Program-made: the position numbers and the translations under genes
Origin: Patescibacteria group bacterium
GTDB lineage: Bacteria; Patescibacteriota; Patescibacteriia; PEXW01
Assembly (NCBI GenBank): GCA_041671325.1
Contig: JBAZBR010000002.1
Span: forward strand, 73,978 to 137,977
Length of the DNA stretch: 64,000 bases
Reading direction: 5' to 3'
Part shown: one piece after another, positions 58,289 to 64,000 of the stretch
How positions within the stretch are numbered: the first letter of the stretch is position 1
How the letters are laid out: every line of letters starts with the position of its first letter
The notes under the pieces: model-generated
Told to the model about the DNA's origin: nothing
Seen by the model: the letters and a program-made list of their open reading frames with translations, nothing else
The model's database searches: none

Positions 58289-58521
58289 ATGGTCTTTAAT
58301 GAGTTTTCTAAGTAATCCTGATTTCTTGATTTGTATTTCCCTTTTTAGAGCTTGGATTTTTAAAGCTAATGTTCAGTTTTGATAATACCATAAGGAATGT
58401 ACGCTTTTGTTGATTTAACTTTTCCTTTATTGTGTTCATTAAAGCGCCTTTGGATATTATCAGTAACGCCAATGTACAATCTGTTAAATTTCGGACTTCT
58501 CAAAATGTAAAGATAAAACAT
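58289..58521 (-). pseudogene. GIY-YIG nuclease (UPF0213-like), frameshifted; intact N-terminal 51 codons (58366..58521) then continuation in another frame abutting tRNA-Glu
   Basis: MFYLYILRSPKFNRLYIGVTDNIQRRFNEHNKG...PYGIIKTE then stop; +2 frame continues ALKREIQIKKSGLLRKLIK matching the family C-terminus. Confidence 0.6.
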
Positions 58522-58773
58522 AGGTTTGAATGATACCCGGCAGAGCCGGGTCCGGCTTTGCCGGAAGAACCAAGTGTCCTAGCCGCTTCAGGCATAGCTT
58601 GATCCGGCACTGCCGGAAGACGATGGCGCCATAAGTTTAAGTTATATTTTGTTTGTATCCATGTCAATTTTTTACCCTATTGACAGATAATTGCTGGGGT
58701 ATTAGTCAAGTGTTATTCTAAGCAACAGTTGGTTTTTTGTTTTAAACATTAGCTTTAGGAAAGGCAGGCCAAA

Positions 58774-58947
58774 ATGTCTGATGGAAAAAAGACAAAAAAG
58801 GCTCCTTCTGAAGCATTTCCGATTCAGTTGCCCGTGGTGGATTTTTCAATCTTGGGTCCGCCCTGCCAAATGTGTGGCGACACTGGGGCTAATGCCTTGA
58901 ATAATGGCGAACCATGTGTCTGTCAAATCGGCAGAAAGAAAGACTGA
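58774..58947 (+). CDS. Small Cys-containing protein (57 aa), not in the ORF track
   Basis: AGGAAAGG RBS; CQMCGD...CVCQIG; followed by terminator. Confidence 0.45.
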   Translation: MSDGKKTKKAPSEAFPIQLPVVDFSILGPPCQMCGDTGANALNNGEPCVCQIGRKKD

Positions 58948-58964
58948 ATCCAGGAAAAAGAAAT

Positions 58965-58991
58965 GAGCGTTCTGTAAAGGGGCGCTCTTTT
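58965..58991 (+). terminator. Rho-independent terminator
   Basis: GAGCG...CGCTC + TTTT. Confidence 0.55.
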
Positions 58992-58995
58992 CCTC

Positions 58996-59020
58996 AATTA
59001 AAAACTGACCCCCGTGAAAA
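58996..59020 (+). repeat. 25-bp direct repeat copy 1 (AATTAAAAACTGACCCCCGTGAAAA)
   Basis: Identical copy at 60074-60098. Confidence 0.8.
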
Positions 59021-59049
59021 ATCATCGGAATATTTTTATTTAATAGTGC

Positions 59050-59077
59050 TTGACAATAATATTTGATTATGATAAGT
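59050..59077 (+). promoter_or_regulatory. Putative promoter TTGACA-N16-ATAAGT (ATTATGATAAGTT motif)
   Basis: Consensus -35; shared extended -10. Confidence 0.45.
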
Positions 59078-59157
59078 TGCGTGGTCGAGTTTGGGTCTTT
59101 TACAATTTGAAAACATTAACGTAAACATAAACAAAACGCAAAGAAAGCGAGGCAAAG

Positions 59158-60015
59158 ATGCAACTTTTAGGAGGAAATGTCCGTTGGGATAAGGGCGATT
59201 GGCAGGAAAGCGCCGGGAATAGGTCTTTGGACCAGAAAGTCGAAGTCAATGGAGTCATTTGGCGGGTTAAAATCCAGAGTCTTACCGGACGGGGTGGCGT
59301 AGTCGGGTGTACATCCGAATGTTATTATGCCAATGTCGGTACGGACCAGATTTCGGTGGTTATTAAGATGGGAAAAGAGGGCTTTGGCGAGCCGCCTATT
59401 TATACCGTACAGATAGGTTGGAGCAATACGGATAAGCACGAACAAGCCACATACCGCTATTGCTTCAATACTGCCTATGACGAAGCAAACGTCATTGATT
59501 GGGAGATTTTACCAGCCGACAAGCCCGATTTGTTGGAAAAGATTTTCGATATCCAGCAAATACTGTCGGTGTTTGATCACAGCAAGACCTTCGACTATGC
59601 CCTGAAGCATTTGCGGCATAAGCTGGACCACCCCGAGAAATCAACAACCTACATTTTGTTTAGGGACGTTACTATGAGTCCGAACAAAATCACTGGATCA
59701 TTTTTATTGCTGGGTCCCCGGCGTACGCTGCTAGGGTTTGATGGGAGTGAAAAAGGGTTTTTGTATGGCGGATTCCAGCTTTTTAGTCGTTCGGGCGAGG
59801 ATATCTCCTCCAGGAGCGGCAGTCTAAGTTTGTCTCTAAAGGATGGGTATTATGAAATATTTATCCTTAATCCGGCCAATTGTGGTAATAGCACCTGGAT
59901 TAAAGTCTTCAGTGCTGATGACAGCAAAAATCTGGTACCCGAAACCGTAGAAATCCCAGGCGACGTTTCCCAGTTCATCCTGTCCTTGGCATCGCCAGTT
60001 ACGGCTGCTGAATAA
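59158..60015 (+). CDS. Hypothetical protein (285 aa), sole ORF of the direct-repeat-flanked cassette
   Basis: GAGG RBS; no recognizable motifs. Confidence 0.6.
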   Translation: MQLLGGNVRWDKGDWQESAGNRSLDQKVEVNGVIWRVKIQSLTGRGGVVGCTSECYYANVGTDQISVVIKMGKEGFGEPPIYTVQIGWSNTDKHEQATYRYCFNTAYDEANVIDWEILPADKPDLLEKIFDIQQILSVFDHSKTFDYALKHLRHKLDHPEKSTTYILFRDVTMSPNKITGSFLLLGPRRTLLGFDGSEKGFLYGGFQLFSRSGEDISSRSGSLSLSLKDGYYEIFILNPANCGNSTWIKVFSADDSKNLVPETVEIPGDVSQFILSLASPVTAAE

Positions 60016-60023
60016 GCCGACCA

Positions 60024-60074
60024 AAGACCGTTTGGGTAGTGGCATTTGTCCATTGCCAAACGGTCTTTATTTAT
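60024..60074 (+). terminator. Rho-independent terminator (12-bp stem)
   Basis: AAGACCGTTTGG...CCAAACGGTCTT + TATTTAT. Confidence 0.65.
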
Positions 60075-60098
60075 AATTAAAAACTGACCCCCGTGAAA
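60074..60098 (+). repeat. 25-bp direct repeat copy 2
   Basis: Identical to 58996-59020. Confidence 0.8.
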
Positions 60099-60122
60099 AT
60101 TCACAGGGGTGAAGACCTAACA

Positions 60123-60368
60123 TCAATTGAAGTTTTTCATAACTCCATAAATCACGAGGGTCAGTCCGCCGAAAAAGAACAGGGTTTCAATCAATAAGCC
60201 AATGACGGCTAAATGATTTTTGCGATTGCTTCGGCGCCGCCTCTTTTTCTTGGTGGCAAATACAAATAGGACTGCGCCAGTTAAAATCGCATCAAGCCCA
60301 TGTGGAATAAACATAGGTTTAATTCTAATTAAGGCGAAATCTTGGCCTTGGCTTTGACTAAAGCCCAT
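60123..60368 (-). CDS. Small 2-TM membrane protein with KKKRRRRSNRK loop
   Basis: Hydrophobicity; start uncertain (60368 or 60314). Confidence 0.45.
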   Translation of the reverse strand: MGFSQSQGQDFALIRIKPMFIPHGLDAILTGAVLFVFATKKKRRRRSNRKNHLAVIGLLIETLFFFGGLTLVIYGVMKNFN

Positions 60369-60564
60369 GGCCTGCTCGTGTTTTATGAAGTTTTCAAAGG
60401 ACTTTTTAGCATTAAAATATAGCGCAGGAATAAATACTTGTCAAAGTTCGTTTATTATCATCCTGAACGTAAGTAAGGATCTTCATAGGGGTATTAATAT
60501 TTATAAAGATTCTTCCCCCGCGACTGCGGGGTCAGAATGACAGAAAAGAAATTTTTCCAAACAA

Positions 60565-60600
60565 AAAACACCCCGGAAATTAATCCGAGGTGTTTTTTTA
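60565..60600. terminator. Bidirectional terminator-like hairpin in a 490-nt ORF-free region
   Basis: AACACCCCGG...CCGAGGTGTT flanked by A and T runs. Confidence 0.5.
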
Positions 60601-60854
60601 TAGTTAATAAATCATGTATTTATTCCTCCCTGCCAGCAGAAGCTTTGACAAAAGTCGAAGCGAAGGCTGGCTATTTTTTATTAATTATTAGCCCTCCATA
60701 ATTCAGTTGATGATAATTAATTATCCCCAACTGAAGAAGAGAAGGGATGAATTTGCATCCCTTAGCTGGATTTCAGGGCAGCTACCCCGATGAACAATGT
60801 CACATAATTATGCTCCTGTTCCCAAAAGATTTTTGTTTAGGATACAAGACCAGC

Positions 60855-61481
60855 CTAAGCCGGCAAGGTATTCAAAGTTTTTGGCTTGGAAAATTTTTCG
60901 GCTATTGGGTCTTTGCCAATGACCCAATAATAATAAAGGATGCCGAGCCAGCCGTGGGATATCCCAAGCAGTAGCAGATTTGGCTCTTGCTGGAAAAATA
61001 ACGAGAAGCAAAAGCCAAGCAACAGAGTCGCGGGCATGAGCCATTTATCTGGCACATGTAAAGACATGAACGCCAGACCGGTTATGAGCGCTATTATCAT
61101 CGGGGGCAAGCCAAATCCCACCAGCCTTATATTGATGTATGAGAGGATGAGGAATTGCTGGGCACAACCCCAAAGCGGGTATAGGAACAAAGAAATGGTC
61201 ATGTTTTTGTTCCACTTTAGTTTCTCGCGAATGGCGCCTATGATAAACATAATGAAAGCCAGTGTCAGCGAGAAGATAAGAATACCGAGCCAATTCGCAG
61301 ACCAGTTATCAGTCCGAATTCCAATTTGAATCAGGGAATAACCGGCTGTAGCTTGCGAATGAATAATCCAGATGCCAGCTGGCAATAAAATCGCCAGGTT
61401 TACCCAGAAAATCTTTTTAAGTTTACTGGGCAAAAGCGCATATACGGCCAAAGCACAGAAAACCAAAACCAGTTCTAACAT
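60855..61481 (-). CDS. Polytopic membrane protein (hypothetical)
   Basis: 6-7 predicted TM helices. Confidence 0.6.
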   Translation of the reverse strand: MLELVLVFCALAVYALLPSKLKKIFWVNLAILLPAGIWIIHSQATAGYSLIQIGIRTDNWSANWLGILIFSLTLAFIMFIIGAIREKLKWNKNMTISLFLYPLWGCAQQFLILSYINIRLVGFGLPPMIIALITGLAFMSLHVPDKWLMPATLLLGFCFSLFFQQEPNLLLLGISHGWLGILYYYWVIGKDPIAEKFSKPKTLNTLPA

Positions 61482-61612
61482 TATGCTCTACCTCGTTTTT
61501 GTGTTTATTTGTTAGTATTTAGCCACTCTGACAAGCGCGCTGGTTTTTTCAGTGCACTTGATAAGAGCCAGGAACCAAACCAGGTGGTTCGGTTCCTGCT
61601 TTTTTAAAGAAT

Positions 61613-62425
61613 CTAGAAAGCGAAGGTGAATTCCGCAATCCATTTCGACACATCGTCGTAATAGATCTTAATAAATCCACCGTTCTTGTTATAAACATAG
61701 GTCAGTCCCGCCAGGGTGCTAACCTTGTCATTGTCCATGTCCGCGTCAGCCTGCGCATAGGCGCGCAGGTTGTTGCTCAGGTCAAACCTGAACATTTCGG
61801 TTACCATGGGTCCATGGTGATTATAGGCGGAGAAACCCATGGTAAAGGTTGGATACCACGCAATTTCATCGGGTTTGTTTATGGTGGTATTCAGGCCGAA
61901 TCCCACTATATCTTCCCAATAGAACCACGTACTGCCGTAATTAACAGCGACACTTGTGCCGCTGTTGTAGTTGGCAGCAATCAGGCAAAATCCTGCCTTT
62001 TGCACCGTAACTTTGAGTCCGGTTGAAAGGCAAGAAAATCCCATGGTAGTTCCAGGCCATCTTGTCTGTTCCAACATCTTGGGTCCGGGCCAGACATGCC
62101 AGACCGGGTTTAAAAACCAGCCGGCAATAATTGTGGACTTGAATCCAGCCACGGTATCGACAAACCCCCCAAAAGCCGTATGCACACAGCTTTTGTAGGC
62201 GTTCCAATCCAGGTTCCCGACAAAAGAACCCCGATTGGCATCCACCCCAATCCTTATTCGAGAGAAAGAGTAGTCCTGGCTTTTTTCGGTCGGGATATAA
62301 ATCCCGCCAAAAATATAGGGTTTCAGGTTGTAGTCCGAAAGCACCTCGGACTTGGTTTCACCCAAGAGAATCGCCGCCAGGATCGTAGCGATAATAACGA
62401 CCAGGATCAGATTAAACTTCTTCAC
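61613..62425 (-). CDS. Secreted beta-strand-rich protein with OMP-like C-terminal signature (…AEFTFAF), candidate beta-barrel
   Basis: GTG start 6 nt after AAGGAGG; signal peptide MKKFNLILVVIIATILAAILLG; alternating hydrophobic dyads; terminal Phe. Confidence 0.6.
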   Translation of the reverse strand: MKKFNLILVVIIATILAAILLGETKSEVLSDYNLKPYIFGGIYIPTEKSQDYSFSRIRIGVDANRGSFVGNLDWNAYKSCVHTAFGGFVDTVAGFKSTIIAGWFLNPVWHVWPGPKMLEQTRWPGTTMGFSCLSTGLKVTVQKAGFCLIAANYNSGTSVAVNYGSTWFYWEDIVGFGLNTTINKPDEIAWYPTFTMGFSAYNHHGPMVTEMFRFDLSNNLRAYAQADADMDNDKVSTLAGLTYVYNKNGGFIKIYYDDVSKWIAEFTFAF

Positions 62426-62765
62426 GTTTTCCTCCTTGCCCACTGAAGCCTGAAAGGCGTAGGTGGGCTGTTGGTTTTTTAGTTTTATTTTCTGTTTTCA
62501 AGTCAGGCCAGGGGAGAGAGTGTTCTCGTTTTAATAATTAACTCATTATCCAAAATTTAAAATTTTGTTTAAAAGTTAATTACCCGTCCTTCGTCCTCGC
62601 CAATAGCGGGACTTCGGAGGGCAAGAATTCCTGACCTGGCTTGAAAACAGATTTGTTAATCCTCCGTAGCCTAGGCGCAGGAGGACTTCACAACAAACCC
62701 ACGAATGGATCATGAGTTTGAGAATGAAGGGGACCAGCAGATGCCAGTCCCACTTCGAAACAGCT

Positions 62766-63251
62766 TTAGATTCCAAGTGGTTCGCACTTGGTCATTTTGC
62801 CTCCATCGTAGGTAGCCTTGGCCAGCGGCACGCCAAAGATGTTTGTTGGTAATCCCTGAAAAGAACAACCAACCTCAATTTTAAAAGTTGTATGCCAGCC
62901 CCAAAGGTAGAGTTTGTTTTGAGCAACTACCTTCCAATGGAAAGTGGAGTCAGCAAAAAGTGAGTCTTTGACATACAATCTTCCAGATATCTCGCTTTCA
63001 CCAAAAGCGATTTTAGTGGCGCCAGCGTTGTAGTAAATCTCAACGCTGTCTTTCTGCATAAGCCAGCCACCGTAATTAATGCCCCCAAAATAAATCATGG
63101 TTCCGTCAGTTCCTTCCGCCACAGTAAATGGGGCTCTTTCGGCAAAATGGATATCGTTGCAATATAAGAACAAGTAGCCTATAAAGCCAATTAAACCAGT
63201 CATAAAGACTACGATCAACCTGATGAAAAGTTTTGTTCCTAACGATGACAT
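62766..63251 (-). CDS. Membrane-anchored hypothetical protein
   Basis: N-terminal TM; SD GGTAAGGAGA upstream. Confidence 0.6.
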   Translation of the reverse strand: MSSLGTKLFIRLIVVFMTGLIGFIGYLFLYCNDIHFAERAPFTVAEGTDGTMIYFGGINYGGWLMQKDSVEIYYNAGATKIAFGESEISGRLYVKDSLFADSTFHWKVVAQNKLYLWGWHTTFKIEVGCSFQGLPTNIFGVPLAKATYDGGKMTKCEPLGI

Positions 63252-63371
63252 ACAATCTCCTTACCACATCCGTGGTTGTTTTTTATTTATTTTTTCACTC
63301 TTAAGTTTGTGAAAGTTCGTAAACTTAAGAGTGAAGGGGAGCGAGCAAATATATGCACGTTCCCCCGAAAG

Positions 63372-63974
63372 TCATAATGGACTAGCAAAAATTCTGGATA
63401 CCCGCCAACCAGCAGGGTTGTACCACGGGATGTTTTTGTCCCGTGACCAGTAAATCATACTAGTTTTGCCAATGACTTTTGCTTTGGGTACGCAGCCCCA
63501 ATAGCGAGAATCATAGCTATTGTCGCGGTTATCACCCATGACAAAATATTGATTTTTCGGAACCACTATTGGTCCCATGTTATCCCGAGGCTCCTCCTCG
63601 ATTGAATAGATTCGAGCGTCAATGCGCTGGAATAATGGAGGTTCAGGGAGTATTTTGCTATTGATGAAGACAACCTTGTCGACAATCTTCAGGGTGTCGC
63701 CCGGCAAACCAACGACCCGCTTGATATAGCGCTTGGAAGGATCAAGTGGGAACTTAAAGACAATGACATCCCCACGCTTTGGCGCGCCACTTAAGTAGGC
63801 GAGCTTGTTGAAGAAGATTAAATCTCCGGTAAGCAAACTGCCTTCCATGGAACCGGAAACCACGTTATATGCGTCAACAATGAAGAAGCGCAGTAGGAAC
63901 GCAGCAATAAAAGATACTACTACCGTTTCCACAAGCAAAAGCCAAAACGGTTTTGGTTTTTTCAGCTTTTCCAT
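63372..63974 (-). CDS. lepB: Signal peptidase I
   Basis: SGSMEGSL (Ser box), KRVVGLPGD (Lys box), VMGDNRDNSYDSRYWG. Confidence 0.92.
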   Translation of the reverse strand: MEKLKKPKPFWLLLVETVVVSFIAAFLLRFFIVDAYNVVSGSMEGSLLTGDLIFFNKLAYLSGAPKRGDVIVFKFPLDPSKRYIKRVVGLPGDTLKIVDKVVFINSKILPEPPLFQRIDARIYSIEEEPRDNMGPIVVPKNQYFVMGDNRDNSYDSRYWGCVPKAKVIGKTSMIYWSRDKNIPWYNPAGWRVSRIFASPL

Positions 63975-64000
63975 CTCTTTATCCTCTAAATAAAATTTTC

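Noticed and set aside
60747-60974. Plus-strand 75-aa ORF overlapping the 3' end of the minus-strand membrane-protein gene
   Set aside because: No RBS and it overlaps a better-supported gene on the other strand.
62576-62776. Minus-strand 66-aa ORF downstream of the 62766..63251 gene
   Set aside because: It overlaps the stop of the upstream gene in another frame and has GC-rich composition with no RBS.

Overview
This window looks like an AT-rich, small-genome bacterium of the Patescibacteria/CPR type. The call is my inference from the sequence: an S10-spc ribosomal cluster with no L30 that ends at secY-adk-map, Lys-rich extensions on several ribosomal proteins, a GIY-YIG gene at a tRNA, and the absence of biosynthetic genes. 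The core is a long plus-strand housekeeping backbone. It holds the gatA 3' end, a response regulator, ndk, and a two-component system with an FtsX/MacB-type ABC exporter. The str operon (rpsL-rpsG-fusA-tuf-rpsJ, with a GxxExxY gene between rpsG and fusA) leads into the S10-spc cluster (rplC through rplO), then secY-adk-map-ruvX-wecA. A minus-strand block carries dnaB-ybaB-recR. Further on are a P-type ATPase, asnS and aspS, scpAB, a D-Ala-D-Ala carboxypeptidase and the glycolytic tpiA-fba-gap. Three tRNAs, all on the minus strand, are tRNA-Pro, tRNA-Lys and tRNA-Glu. Findings: (1) between asnS and aspS there are three tandem paralogous membrane-anchored proteins with a near-identical ~270 bp 5' module, Asn/Thr-rich linkers and divergent C-terminal domains, and a duplicated remnant of the aspS 5' end lies between two of them; (2) two ~115-nt elements share the same 20-22 bp terminal inverted repeats and sit upstream of rpsL and of a DUF192 gene, with a solo half copy near tRNA-Lys; (3) two related ~140-nt structured GC-rich elements lie next to tRNA-Lys and downstream of cspA; (4) a ~1.1 kb cassette holding a promoter, one orphan ORF and a terminator is bounded by perfect 25-bp direct repeats; (5) a 210-nt structured spacer with a terminator-like hairpin sits between rpsJ and rplC. 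(6) The 3' region (55-64 kb) is heterogeneous. It holds several unannotated small ORFs, a frameshifted GIY-YIG gene abutting tRNA-Glu, a lipoprotein, and a candidate outer-membrane-type beta-barrel protein ending in FTFAF. No CRISPR array, integrase or transposase was seen.
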